From the NCBI RefSeq assembly GCF_036321535.1, contig NC_087447.1:34598001-34662000 (forward strand): a DNA stretch of 64,000 nucleotides, written 5' to 3'. Every line of letters starts with the position of its first letter. The first letter of the stretch is position 1. Below are positions 1-12,808 of this stretch, piece after piece. The notes under the pieces were generated by a model. That model searched no databases and had not been told where the DNA came from. It saw only the letters and a list, made by a program, of their open reading frames with translations. Origin of the DNA: Camelus dromedarius. Its lineage: Eukaryota. A program made the position numbers and the translations under genes.

Positions 1-318
1 GCTGTGGACGCATCCACAGGAACTTCACGCAGAGTCCAGGGAGGCAGCTGGGAACTCAGTTTGGGACTCGTGCTTCTGATGGGAACTCAGCTTCCTTCTT
101 CCCGAGGCAGCACTGCCAAACTCCTCACTTCCCTTCTTTCTCTCCAAGTTTTTAATTCTTTCTTTTTCTAATTACTAATAATGAGACATTGGCCATTCTG
201 ACATATTAATTCTTCTCTGAAAAAATGCTTCATTTCTCTACCACCAAGCTGCATAGAAATGACCCCCCCCCCCCAATGCCATTTCCTCCCTTCAAAAACC
301 AAGATGCCTTACTGTCTC

Positions 319-419
319 TTTTTTTTTTAATTTACTTTTAATGTAAGTACTGGGGATTGAACTCAGAACCTCATACGTGTTAAGCATGCGCTCTACCACT
401 GAGCTATTACCCTTCCCCC
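319..419 (-). mobile_element. tRNA-derived SINE, camelid vic-1-like (short form)
   Basis: Reverse complement reads GGGGAAGGGTAATAGCTCAGTGGTAGAGCGCATGCTTAACACGTATGAGGTTCTGAGTTCAATCCCCAGTACTTACATT plus an A-rich tail; Pol III A box TAGCTCAGTGG and B box GTTCAATCC. Confidence 0.9.
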
Positions 420-574
420 TCCTTATTCTGTTTAATATCCGTATCACAAAAAGCCACTGATCACATACTGTGCATAAAATCAGATAGATGCCTGGTTCTG
501 TCACTGATAAATGTGTAGTAACCATCTCTTGAGATCCATTAAAAGTTGTATCTTCTGTTTCTCATGAGAGAGAT

Positions 575-1025
575 TGCTGTTGACAAATACCCACTTAATC
601 CTCTCTTATTTGGCATATTTTTTAGTTCCCTGTCCTCCAAGGGAGCCCATATGATTAGTTTAGTTTGCCCAGTGGAATGTGGGCAATGTGACCAACACCA
701 CTTCCAGGCGTGGCATCTAAACCTCCTGCATGACACTTCATGCTTCCTCTTCTTTTGCCTGTTGGTCAGATGCTAAACATCTAGTGGACTGCTATCAGGA
801 GAGCAGCCCACAAGGTCAACAGTAGTTGGGGCACGGATGCCCTGGGTGATGTATGTGGTGGGAGAGCCCTGAGATGACAGAAGCCTGGGTCCTTGAACAT
901 TTAAGTGGAGCAGAGCCCCCTGTTGATCCATTTGAAACCATGGCCTGAGTGAGAACCATTGTATTAAGTCCTTGAAGTTTTAAGCTTTACCTGTTACACA
1001 GCAGCTACCATCACTTACTTTAACA
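575..1025 (+). mobile_element. ERVL-MaLR solo LTR fragment (MLT1I/J-like)
   Basis: MLT1 motifs cagtggaatgtgggca...accacttccaggc, gaagcctgggtccttga...gtggagcagagcc, and 3' end tgttacacagcagc...ttaaca. Confidence 0.7.
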
Positions 1026-1989
1026 TATTAACATATTTTTGAGAAGTCTTTTCTAATACAGATTTTATTTGTGCCGGGAATAGCTTAAATATTTCAATTG
1101 GATTCGAGATTTTTTGAAAAGCAATGGTCTGCCTTGGAATTGGGGGAAATGCAGCTTATCAACAGTGCTCACAACAGCAAGGAACTAATATACAGGCCCC
1201 AGTGAGATTCAGGGGCCTAGTCGACAGTCCTGGCAGAGCTAACGCCCTTCAACAAGCAAGCATGTTGCCAGCTCACAGAATGCTTGGTCCACGCGACCGC
1301 CTTTCAGTTGAGCAGATGGGAGTTTTGATATAAATTGTGCTGGCATTTGCTGCTCTGGAAATAGATTTGTTTTTGCCTGCTTCCAAAATTAGATTTAAAA
1401 AGCAATAGTCAACAAGTTCCAGGCCCTCCCTTTAGGCAGGTCAGCAGGACCAGACCTCTGTTTCCTATTAAAAGCGCAGGAATAAAGAATCCAAGCGTCA
1501 CAGGTGTTGGGAGGCTCTCAGGCATTGCTTTGTTGCTGCCCTATCGGATGCAGAAATCCCCTCTGAAGCATTCCAGGTGGAGCAGCCAACCTGTAGTTTG
1601 TCTGCCCTCTTCAATGGGGAGCTCACCACTTGCTGAAGTTACACAGTCCAGTGTTGAAGAGCACTGCAGTTAGAAAGCTGAAATGGTGTCCATGAAAATT
1701 CCAGTCTTCAGCCCTGTGTCTGCCCTTTAGAGGGGCACCCCCTGCCATCAGTTTCATCTCTACATAAGGATCCTTCAGGCATTTGAAGACTGAACCAAAG
1801 GCTGAACTTTTTTTTTTTTTAATCTCTATCCCAAAGTCCTCTCTCCACCCAACAGCATGATTTCTGGAACTCTTTCTCAGAACATACACCAGCTCACCAG
1901 TGTCCTGAGAAAGCTGAAGTGCCAAGAGTCTGACAAACATGGAGAGCAATGGGGTTAACATTCAGTGTGTTCAGGACATTAACAGTTCT

Positions 1990-2600
1990 GGGTGAGTCGG
2001 GCTCTTTTGATTGACTACGAGTTGCTTCAGAGGACAGCAGTGCTCTCCTCAGCTCCAGTGAGGTTTACTGGGAAGATGAAGATAAGGAAGTAGGAACTTG
2101 GGTCTCACGGAAACCCTGAAATGGATTAGCACCTGAACATGCTTTGAAACCACAGGGTAACTCGGGATCCAAAGCAGTGCTAACAGTCGGGGCACCTCAG
2201 CAGCTCCTCGGGGGCCCTGGCTCCAGCCTGTCGCCGCCTCAGCTGCTCTGAATCCCACCCACCACTGCCTGGCCCTCCCTTCCCCACGTCTTGCTAGCAT
2301 CTGCTTACTCCTGGCTGATACCTCCTCATGTCCATCACACCTCTGGCTTCTCCTGCCTTCCTCCTCTGTGAGTGAGTGGTTTGTGGTCTTTTCCCAAAAC
2401 ATGCTCTATGACTTCAACTCAACACTTCCACAGGGAGAGAACTTGATATTTTCACTTCATCACCATCAACCCAGTCAAGCAATGTTTGAGCAGCAGGCCC
2501 TTCAGCCGCTGGCCAGCCTACAGATCAGTTCAGATACCCTCCTCTGACCCATCAACAGAGGTGAGAGGGGTGGGCCACAGGATATGAGAGCGGCAGCTTT
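1990..2600 (-). mobile_element. Old MaLR LTR remnant (MLT1M/N/O-like)
   Basis: Degenerate similarity to recalled MLT1 ends (tggccagcct...cctctgacccatcaac...ggggtgggccacagga); highly diverged. Confidence 0.4.
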
Positions 2601-3283
2601 TCCAGAAGGAACGCTGCAAGGGTCTGTAGCAAGATGAGCCTATCCTGGCTTGCCCTGTCTTAAACCACATTCATGAATCCAAACTGTCAATGCTTTTGAC
2701 AGTTACATTACACTCTAAGCCTCCCACTTATTGAAAAATCCCAAAGTTGGGCCCTTCCCCAACTGCTGCCAAGCCTCCCCTCTCCACCAGGCACCTCTCT
2801 GTGCAAATCTTCGCCTCTTACATTCATCTTGGTAGTTTCTGCTTAAGGTCCAGGCCTGTAAATTCTCCCTTAATCCAAATTCATCCTTTTGACAGCAGGC
2901 TTTTTCATCTCTGCTCTATAAATCCCAAAGGTTCCTGAGAGCCCCATCAGAACCATGAGGAGAGGACACAGAATGAGAGGGCTAAAGGTCAGCACCCAGC
3001 CCCAGCCCCACTTTGTCCAGAAAAATTCATTTTCATGCAATTAAATTCCAGGAGTTTGTCAAAACAATGATTTCTGAAACAAAAATAAAATCTGAAAACT
3101 GCGGAGGCCAAGCCCCTTTTGGGCTTCTGGGCTCAGTGGATGGTCTCATTTTTCAATGCATCAAGATGCACGTCTAGCATAATCCTCCAGGCCTCCTCCT
3201 GGGGCAAGTAGAAGCGGACGGGTACACTCCACCTCCTGCCGCTGCTCCAGCACTCATTAAATGCAACAAAAAGCTGGGAACGT

Positions 3284-3307
3284 GACTGCCGACTGCCGAC
3301 TGCCGAC
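3284..3307. repeat. 7-bp tandem repeat (GACTGCC)x3+GAC
   Basis: gactgccgactgccgactgccgac read directly. Confidence 0.9.
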
Positions 3308-4640
3308 CTCCAGGCTCCAGGAAGCAGCAGCCCCCTCTGCAGCTTCTCGCTTTGGGCTTTAACCAGCACCAGGGCTGCAAGGGATGAGCTGTTTATCCCT
3401 GGCAGCGTGAGACCACAACAGGCAGAGGGGCAGAGGGTGAAACTGGCTGTTGGCAGCTTCTAGGCAGAAGATGAGATGCCTCTCCATGGGCACTTCGATG
3501 TTGCCTTGACCAAAGCGAAAATAAGGCAGATGTGTATCGCGAAGGCTGAAGAGGCAGTGGAAGGGGGCTTTTCGGTTGTGTCTAAATCTTGGCTAAAGCC
3601 TTAAACTAAAGCTAATGGCTGACAAACAGCTCACATCCTAGAGGGATGCTTGACACACCCTAGCAGCACTTACTGAAAAATGGCAAAGCTAGTTCTGGAA
3701 CCCCCTTCTCCGTTCAGGCTGTGTTAGGAGCCTGGGGCTTCTCTGAGGAGCAGACCCTCCTGAGGACACTTGTAGAGGAACAGACGGGGCAGAGAAAGGT
3801 GTTGCTTTCCGCCGTAATCCCTCATTAGCCGACTAATGGGTCTTCAGAAGAACCATCCAGGGATTGAGGATATGTTCAGGAGGCCTCCCACCTCCTTAAC
3901 TGTGCTGAGTTCCAGAAACTTGTAAAAACAACTGGTGTTAATGGAACAGACAGAAGCAAAAAAGTTCTTGGGAACTCAGTGTGCCTCCAGGAGTTTGAAA
4001 GGGTACATGAAATGACCAGTGCTGCCCACGGGCTGAGGCAGCTGAGATGGCAGGGCAGGGGGGTTAACTGCTCCCTGACCTTTCAGCAAGGCAAGGATGC
4101 ACTGTCCCCATGAGACAAAGAACCCTGGTGAAGGCCACTGGGCTTAAATTGTCGCAAAAGAACCCAGCTGAAGGAGGCTATGAGAGAGGACACAGGAGGA
4201 GGGGAGTAGGCACCAAAGAGTCCAGCTTGGAGAGCGGGGCACAGTCCACGTTAGGGGTGGGGCAGTGGAGAGACACGTAGAGCACCCACCAGATGCTCCA
4301 CGGCAGAGCTGACTTTGGGCAACTGCTCTGACACAAGTAACTGGATAGCTAAGCAAGAGGTACAAAAATCATCAGCTGCATGAGGAGAACTCTGCCCCAT
4401 CCTTCCTCCCCTTCTCAACCCTCAGCAGCCAGAACAGGGGGCATAAGGGATGGGGATGGCTGAGAAGTGGAACAAGGAGAATGAAGGGCAGAGGGTGGTC
4501 CTCCCACCACTCCCTCCTCCCACTGCTCCCTGGGTGCCAGACCAGGTGGAGCTGATGGGAGGGATATAGTTTTAAACTGAATGTCAAGTTATAGTTTTCA
4601 ATTTAAATCAGACCCAGTGTTCAAATAACTGGAGATGAGA

Positions 4641-4750
4641 CCTCCTCCCCTCCCCTCCCCTACTCTCCCACCTCCCCTCTCCTACTCTCCCACCTCCCCT
4701 CACTCCCTGGCCTCCTGTTCTCACCCTCCTTCCCCTCCTCCTCCTTCTCC
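4641..4750. repeat. Polypyrimidine low-complexity tract with a duplicated unit cctactctcccacctcccctc
   Basis: Almost purely C/T on the + strand; the unit occurs twice (about 4659 and 4681). Confidence 0.85.
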
Positions 4751-4894
4751 AAGGCTGAAAGGGACTGGAAACCATCAGCGTCACCAAGGGACAGGGATGT
4801 GAGAGAAGGTACTGGCAGGAGGAAAACAATGTGGTTTCCTGAAGGGACCTGACTGAGGTCAGGGCACTGGAGAAACTGGTTGGGTAGTCTCAGA

Positions 4895-5045
4895 ATTCAA
4901 TCTTCCTAAGCCTTAGATTCCTCATCTGTAAAATGGAGATAACCAGACTCACCTCCTAGGGGTGTCTTGAAGATTGAAGTGAAAGCATTTGTGTCAACGT
5001 GTAAAGCGTCTGGCACTTGGGGGTGCCCAGCAATGTCTGCCATCG
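4895..5045 (+). mobile_element. MIR SINE fragment
   Basis: MIR core tcctcatctgtaaaatggagataa...acctcctaggg, followed by the 3' part tgtaaagcgtctggcac. Confidence 0.85.
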
Positions 5046-5149
5046 CTGGCAGGGGTCCCTCCCTATCACCTCTGAACAAACAGACTTTTAGACCAGCTGA
5101 GCTGAAGAGACCACGCAGAGCCATGGTTCGACATCTTCACATTACACAC

Positions 5150-5265
5150 GACTAAACCAAGAGTCAGAGAGGTTGGAGTCAAGCTGCCTGACATCACCCA
5201 GTGGGATCATGACAGAGTCAAAATCCAGACCAAAATCTCCTGACCCCAAAGTCAGCCTTCTTCCT
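5150..5265 (-). mobile_element. MIR fragment
   Basis: cagagaggttgg...gcctgacatcacccag...ctcctgaccccaaagtcag is the reverse of the MIR 5' half. Confidence 0.7.
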
Positions 5266-6448
5266 ACCAAGCCCCTGGGCACTTCCGTAACAGCTCGGTG
5301 CAAGTCTGGCCCCCTTGGCAGTACCAGAAACCACCAGATACGTGGATGTGTTGGCACAAGGTTTCATTCACCCAGCAGACACCTTCACCAAGCACCAGTC
5401 CTGTCCCAGGAACTGCTAAGCAGAGCAGGATACAGATCTGGAAACCATCATCTCTGTCCTCACTGACCCCCCAACTCAATGAGGGAGGCAGGAGACTGTG
5501 AGTATACCATGGAGACTCTAGAAAGGCTTCACAGAGGGGTTCATGAGCTTGTGCAATGGATGGGAAAAGGTGGAGATCCCCTCAGAATTTGCCCCTGCCC
5601 CCTTCTCCCCAGGCCACCTGGGGAGTCTTTGGGAGTATCCAATTTTGAGTTCCCTGGCTCTGCAGTCAGGCTGGCAGAAAGTCCCCTCCCACTTTACATT
5701 TGCTCCCAAGTACCTTCTTACACTGCACACGAGTCAAGAGCTTTCCTGATGTGGATAAAGGATGACAAGAGGAAGCATTTGCCAATAATTAGTTGGCACA
5801 TCTCTGCTTATTTCATAATATAACAGTCTGGCCAATCAACCCTTTTATTCCCACCCTGATTCTCAACAGGAAGATGACTGTGAGCAGCAGTGAGGACAGA
5901 TGACTGTAGGGCACAGGGCTTCCCTGAAGACAGCAAAGTGAATAGAGCTCACGGTTTCGTTCCTGGCCAGGGTATTACACTTCATGTTCAAGTAGCACCA
6001 TTCACCCAGTGATCTCAAAGCACTTAGGAGGAAGGACATGAACAGCATTTTTTTTAAAAATCAGGTAATTCAGATCTTAATTCAGTGTCCACGTAAGTAA
6101 TACTCACTTAACCTCTCTGGGTTCAAAGACCAATTAAATACAGCCAAGGCAGTACAGTGGCTTGAATGTGTAAAGCAGATAATTTCCAGTGATGGCTAAT
6201 CGGATCAACCCCTGCCTACAGCTGGCAAAACTTTCAGGGGCTCCCGAAGCTTAGTATTGAAGGACTGGCCAGGAGATGACCCCTTCCAAGCCAAAGGCAC
6301 TGGTAGACAGAAGACAAAGGATTCAGGACAAATTGGGAAGTGATGAGAAAGAAAAAAATGGTAAGAATGAAGATATATTTTAGAAACAGTACACCTCTAG
6401 TTGCCCAATTATATGATGTTTTCAAGCAAGAGGATAGTCAGGTCTTAA

Positions 6449-6620
6449 ATCAGAGATTGCAAATCAGGGAATCCATCAACTCAAATCCAGTCCATGCATG
6501 TGTATTCTTAGGCCAATATAATGTGTATGTATGTTATTTGAATTAGTTGCCAGTATTAAAAATTATAATATTTACCCTAAAACCCTGATGTCTGAGTTTG
6601 ATTAAAACTTGGAAGAGCTG
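6449..6620 (+). mobile_element. hAT-Charlie MITE fragment (MER102-like, 5' part)
   Basis: cagagattgcaaa...aatccagtcc...tttgaattagttgccagtattaaaaa...ttggaagagctg matches the recalled MER102 left arm. Confidence 0.65.
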
Positions 6621-7125
6621 AAAGATTTAAATATAAAGAAGGAAACTATTATAATAGAAGAAATCACTGGAGAATTCTATAACCTTAGTTATATAAAGAA
6701 CTCTTTTTTACTTTGGATCCAGGATCCGGAAGTGATAAAGGAAAAGACTGGTAAATTTTATTATATAAAAATAAAAAACACCATAAACAAAGTCAAAAAG
6801 ACAAACAAACTGGGGGTGGAGGGGAGAGATTGTAACTTACATTACACAGGTATAATCACTCTAATATATAAAGACTTCAAGAAATCAATAAGTAAAAGAT
6901 CAACAACCCAATAAGAAAGAAGCGAATGATACAAACTGACAGTTCACAGATAATGAAATATAAATGGCTTTTAAGTAAAGGAAAGATTTGTTCAGCTCCA
7001 CTCATAATTAAAAAAAAAAGTTAAATTACACACTGAGATGCCACTTTTCACATGTTGGAATGGCAAATATCAAAAGCCTGGAAAGCAGACACTGATGGCA
7101 GGGCTGTGGGAGACTGCAACTCCTC
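6612..7125 (+). mobile_element. Ancient L1 (L1M/L1ME) ORF2 3' fragment
   Basis: ORF 6609-6914 LKDLNIKKETIIIEE...KEKTGKFYYIKIKN resembles L1 ORF2 IKDLNVRPKTIKTLEE...KDKIDKWDLIKLKS; downstream acagttcacag...aaatggc...cactcataat...tggcaaatatcaaaa is typical of late ORF2. Confidence 0.85.
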
Positions 7126-9454
7126 TTCCAGGAAATTAATCAACAACAACTATTTTGCACTATAGTCCAGAAACCATCTGATTTTTAATCATGCATTCCA
7201 GTGACCAGATTCCCTTAGGAGTTTCATACCTGGATTCTGAAGATGGAAACAAGAATTCTCTCTGGATCCCACACAGCATTTAACTTGAACTTGCTGCTAT
7301 CCTATAATTAGGCAAAGGTTCTGGTTAAAAATAAAAGGGTTTCCTCAGTAATCCTAGCTGTAGGTTCTCTTCTATTTCCTATTAACAGAGAGAGTGCGGA
7401 GAAGCAACAGGAGGGAAGGAGAAAGTCTAGCACCGTTGAAAGTTCATTGTGCACCAGGACCCACACTGAGCATCATTGCATTTCTTCCCCCATGGCAAGC
7501 CCGAGCTCACTGCCATCCTCTTTTTATAGAAGAGGAAACAGACTCTCAGCCATGGGACTTGACCTTCTTTGATGGATGTATGCAGGGAGGAGCCGAACAA
7601 AGGAGCCACAGCTTGGGTCCAAGTGCAGGAGAAGTTTATTTTGATATGAGTCAAACAAGCAAAAGGAAAACCAGAAGTGATGAGTGCCATGGTCAGCTGC
7701 TGAGATGGCTCAGTCACAGTGGAGCAGGGTGCCATGCCAGGGATTTCATTTGTGCTTTCCTTTCAACCTCTTCTTTAGCAAGAGAGGTACCAAGACTAGT
7801 CTTAAATGGCTGCTCTGTGAAATAGCCGTGGTGAAGCCCTCAAATCCCATTGCTTCCCACGATTAGAGGAGAAAGCATGACTGACCCTTTGCCCTGCATA
7901 AATCATCAGGTTCCTGGACAATGTGGTGGGGCTGAGGAGGGGAGGTCAGACAGGACCTCAAGAAGGACACAGATTTCCTGCTAGTAGACCAGTTGGGGGA
8001 AGAGTCAATCAATTCATTAGAAAACAAACAATGACAAGACTTTGTGCTCTGAGACGGGCGCAGAGGTTCTCACTGATTACAACCTACAGTATTTGGTTTC
8101 CCTCTCCCTGCACCCCGAAACATATTCCTCCCTTGCCAAGTTCTCCATGAGAGACACTAGGATTCCTGCTGACCTGTCCCCCTCGTTAATGGAACTACTT
8201 GTGGGTAGATGTTGTTATCCTTGGCAATGGGGTATCTTTGAAAGCAAGGGATTAGAGTGAAAAGGCCAATATTTTTTCTGTAACCAAGGAGCATCCCTGA
8301 TTTATTTCTTCAGAGTCCTTCAAGGAGTATCAGGTTGTGATGGCCAAAATTCCCAGAGAAGAGTGATGGGGAAGGAAGGCATTCAGTGGCCTGGGAAAGC
8401 TGGGTTCCTCTGGAGCCTGCCAGCAGTACCTCTCCATCCCTGAAACCTCCCTAGTGACCCATCTGAGGCCTTCTTTGGGGAAGACACAACTCTGTATATT
8501 CAGAGCTGTGATGCAAACAGATTTCATGGGATGCTCTGAGCCCTGTTTGAAACCGCTGAGAAAGGGAGAGGGTGGGCAGGAAGCTGTCAAAATTTGCAGA
8601 AAACCACATTCCCAGCGTCTTTCCAAATGATTCCCAGAGTCTCTCCAAACCCAAACTTGTGTTTCCTTTCACCATTACTCAGAATCACTGAGCTGGAGTT
8701 GTCAAAATAGTAAATTTCTCTGAAATAGCTCAACTTCAGTTAATCAAACCTCGCTACATATGAGCCCTCAGTGACTCAAAAGCTATCTAGTTCCCTCTTT
8801 CCCTCCGTCATTAAAACGAAAAGGTAAAAGACAAAACAATCTCATCTCAAGGCTTTGGACAACAACTTTTAGTAGATATCTCGGGCTTGATATCAACAAT
8901 AAAGAGCCATAAGAATTGATGTTCAGAATTATAGACCTAGGGTCCTTTAATATCCTCCATCATCAAAAAAAGGATTTGATTTGAGTCTTACACTTTGTCT
9001 ACTAGAGTATATAAAAGAACTTGGAACTACCAACGGTTGAAACCAAAGGGTTTTCTGGATAAGCCTCCTTTATCCAGAACTATCGTTGTCCCTAAGTTTA
9101 GCAGTTCATGGCAATGACACTGTAACTTCCCACTGCAGGAGGCATATTTCTTGGCCGTTATTCTGAGACATAATGGATCAGTACCACATAAAACACACAA
9201 AAGACTAAACCCCAGGAGATTCAGTTCAAGTCAAGACTGTAACCAACTAGCTACAAACCTTTCTCCTTCTCTGCCTCTCAGCTTCCCTACCGGTAAGACA
9301 CGCTGGTTGAATTAGCATCAGCTGACCTTAATGGGAGGAAAGAGAGACAGCAGGACACAGAGGACCTATCCAGTTGGAAGAAGGAAAAAGTATTTCTGAA
9401 GAAGGGGAGAGCATGATTAAAGGTATGTCAGTGGTAAAGCATGTTGTTCTTTTC

Positions 9455-9815
9455 CTTGTATCTGGCGACACTATCCTTGCTCTTCTTGGCTATGGATTGG
9501 CTGTTCCCTTCTCCAAGAATGGCTTCTCTGTTCTTCTGCATGTGTCTAAATTCTATGCATCCTTAAAGGTCCAGTTCAAAAGTCATCTCCATAATCTTTC
9601 TTTTACAAATAACCTCTTCACTGAACTATTCCAGCACCTCTACGATGACACACATCACTTTGCCTTATATTAAAATAGTCCATAGCGAAACATACTGTCC
9701 TAGACACAAGGCTGAATTACATATTTGTACAACTGATCATGCCTAGTAGAACGCTTTGTGCATTGTAGGTGTTCAAATTACTACAGAATGACTGACTGAC
9801 TGAATGAATGAATAG
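9455..9815 (+). mobile_element. L2 LINE 3' fragment
   Basis: gctgttcccttctccaagaatg, tccttaaaggtccagttcaaaagtcatctcc, terminal gtaggtgttcaaatta...tgaatgaatgaat. Confidence 0.7.
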
Positions 9816-10514
9816 AATCCCATAATATCTGGACATAGCCAAATTACTCTGGTTTAACCTAAATATTTTTATTTTGAAATTCTTGCTTAGAGACCTTCTT
9901 ATGAAAATACTGGAACAATCCCATTCCAAAACCTATGGCTTATTTAATTATGGATTCCACATTGGACTACTTCTTAGAGTGTACAGGAATGTTTCATTTC
10001 TGACAGTCAAACCTTAAATGAGTGCCCCACATAAGGTTTCTCCCATTGCTCTCACACACGTCTGTGACAACATTTCAGCCCATGCCTGCTGGGAAAATTT
10101 AATTCCTCTTTTACAGCCCCACCTCCCAAGAACCAGAAAATAATACTTAGAGAACCAGTCATCTTTGTTCAACACAAATAAAGGGGGAAATAATACCCGG
10201 GGCTCCTTAATGCCGTATATTAGCCACACTGCAGAAAGTATCTCATTGATATTAATGTGCTTACAGCTTATTACACAAAAATTAATTAAAAATTGAATAA
10301 GGCCAGAGCTTAAAATTCTGCATGTCTAATTTCCCTGCCAAAGCAGCTCATACAATGAATAGCTAAAATTTTAAGAGCATTAGTTTATCACAATGCTGCA
10401 TACAATGCCATGTGGGATCACCCCTATCACAGAAAATGGGGGTCTATGGCATTACGGGTCCACCATCAACATGCCATCTTTGGGGAATGGAGTTAGATCT
10501 TGGATTTGATGCTG

Positions 10515-10575
10515 TTTTTTTTTTTTAATGGAGGTACTGGGGATGGAACCCAGGACCTTCTGCAGGACTTCGTGC
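10515..10575 (-). mobile_element. 5'-truncated vic-1-like SINE
   Basis: T12 followed by aatggaggtactggggatggaacccaggacc, the reverse of the SINE 3' half; the A-box half is missing. Confidence 0.85.
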
Positions 10576-11249
10576 TATTTCACGATTCTCAGCTCTAGCT
10601 TCAACACCCCAAGGAAATGCCCAGTTATTACTGAACCACAAATAGCCCATACCAGGCAAGATGAGGAAACCTACCGGAAGTCTCCTCAGCCCCATGTATC
10701 TCTACACACTCATGAGTAACTCCAGTGGGGGAACCACAGCAGGTCAGGTCAAGCTGACTCGTACCTTTCAGGTCTCATCACTTCTGCTCCCCCAGTGCTG
10801 CTCCCTGGGGTAGCCGTGTAAAGGAGAAAGACTGTGAACACTGGAATCAGACAGACATCAGCAAGCAGCTTCCACCTCCGAGCCACAGTTCCTCCCCAAC
10901 CTCACAGGACTGTGTCAGGAGCTACACAAGATAACGTGTATGTTGCACGTGGCACCGAGCAGCTGCTCAGTAAATACTACCCCCAACTGAAGACAAAACC
11001 CAATGTTCCAGGCCAGCAGTTTCCAGCTCCATTTACTTCCCTACAACATAAAATATCCACCAGCCTCTTGCCTGTCAAGTCCACTGGACAGTCAGTTCTT
11101 GAAAGAAACAGACATCTCTCAATCATCTTTTCTGGGTTGCCAGCACCCTGCACCGAGCCTGGCACACAGCTCTTAGCTGCAAATGTCTGCAGAAAGAGTG
11201 AAGGAAACAATGGGAAAAAATCGCCACTCGTTGTTGGGGGCTGACCTCT

Positions 11250-11620
11250 AGCACTTTACACACAGTCTCTCATTTCATCTACACAACAACCTTCTGATCC
11301 TGTCTCTGCTTTATAGTTAAGGATACAAACACTCAAAGACATTCGGTATGGCACCTTTGTGGAGGCTACATGTGAAATTACCTTTAAAAAAACACAAACG
11401 AGTATTTATTCTGTGTCAGGCACCAAGCTAAACACCCACATGCATTATAATGTAAGCGTGACGACCTTGTGAAAGAAGGGACATTGCAGATGTGGGAACT
11501 GACTCTCAGAAGGCTTAAGTATCTCGCCCACAGTCCTCGACTGTTTTAGACTGGCCACAATGGCCATTTCAAATGGCTCCACCTGATCTTAAAAGGGAGG
11601 GTCAGGACTCACACCTGGGC
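11250..11620 (-). mobile_element. Two MIR fragments
   Basis: ctcatttcatctacacaacaacc...tttatagttaagga; gtgtcaggcacc...cattgcagatgtgggaactgactctcagaagg. Confidence 0.65.
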
Positions 11621-12419
11621 CTCGCTGCCTCCAAGTCCCTGATGTGCTCCTGTGCCTCTTGAATAAATCAATCAGTGAATGGCAGGAGGGCAGAAGAAAG
11701 AAAAAAAAGAGCAGGCAGAAGAAAAAAGGGAAAGAGAAAGAGAGAGAAAAGGAGTGAGGAGGGAAGATGTTTGTAAACACTGTAACTACCTGGGTAATTC
11801 CTACGAGGCCAGATCTCTCCTATTTAATCTCCTGCATAATTGCTGCCCTGGGGACCTGGCTGGTCTCCGAACCTGCAGTTTTCAGCAGCCAGTGTATAAA
11901 ACACCAAGGGGCAGGCCTCTCCGTTACACTTAAGCCCAGAAGGGCCATATGGATGGGTTCCGTTGAATGGGAATAAGGGTCTCCAGGGCATGCCTATCCC
12001 AGCACCCTGCGCAGGTGGCTACCCTCTGTTGGGGTTGGCATCACTGGGTTGTTGCTTCCTGAGGCAGTGGGCCTAACTGCTCTCCAGGGCATTGGGCCAT
12101 TCGGCTGGTCAGACCCAGCTCACCAACGCCCAGGCTCACTCACCAAAGCCTCTTTAAATCACTGATGCTCTCGCCATGGGAAGTTGGGGCAGCCCAGCAG
12201 AGATCGGGGTAAACCAGGATGTGCTCTTTTCCCAGCTGGCACTGGAGCAAGAACCTGCCAAACCAGGATGAGGAGGGATGGCTCCTTAGAGGAAAGATAA
12301 CAGGACTGGGAGCAAAGAGCCCTGTGTTCCAGGTCTGGCTCTACCTCTGTACCTTACCTTATGCGAGTCCCCTCCCCTCTTTAGGGACAGAGACCAACCA
12401 ACTATGGGCCTGGGGCTCG

Positions 12420-12590
12420 ACCATCTCTTTTAAGCCTTCTAATAACCCTGTGATACAGCTATATGTTTTTTCATTACAGATGAGGAAACTGCAGCTCAGA
12501 GAAGTTAAATGACATGTACGGTGTCACACAGCAAGAAAATGAGAATTGAGATGTGACTCCAAGTTGATCTTGAAGCCTATGTTCCCACCA
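12420..12590 (-). mobile_element. MIR
   Basis: aataaccctgtga...cattacagatgaggaaactgcagctcagagaagttaaatgac...gtcacacagc. Confidence 0.85.
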
Positions 12591-12808
12591 TCGCCCTGTC
12601 AGGGACCCAGCTCCTTCATTCTTGGTAACGGATAACAGTCATTATCTCAACCTCCCATGCTGGGGCAAATCTACCTCTTAGTAAGAAAACCTCTCTCTTA
12701 AGGCACTTACTGGGCTCTCAAGTGCCGTATCAATGTTAGGAGTCAGGATCATCATGTTGCTCCTCCCCCCATCCCAGGCCTCAGTTTCCCCACTGTGAAC
12801 TGAGGGAT

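Noticed and set aside
6609..6914. 101-aa Lys/Ile-rich ORF as a functional protein
   Set aside because: It is a decayed L1 ORF2 fragment with deletions and frame breaks.
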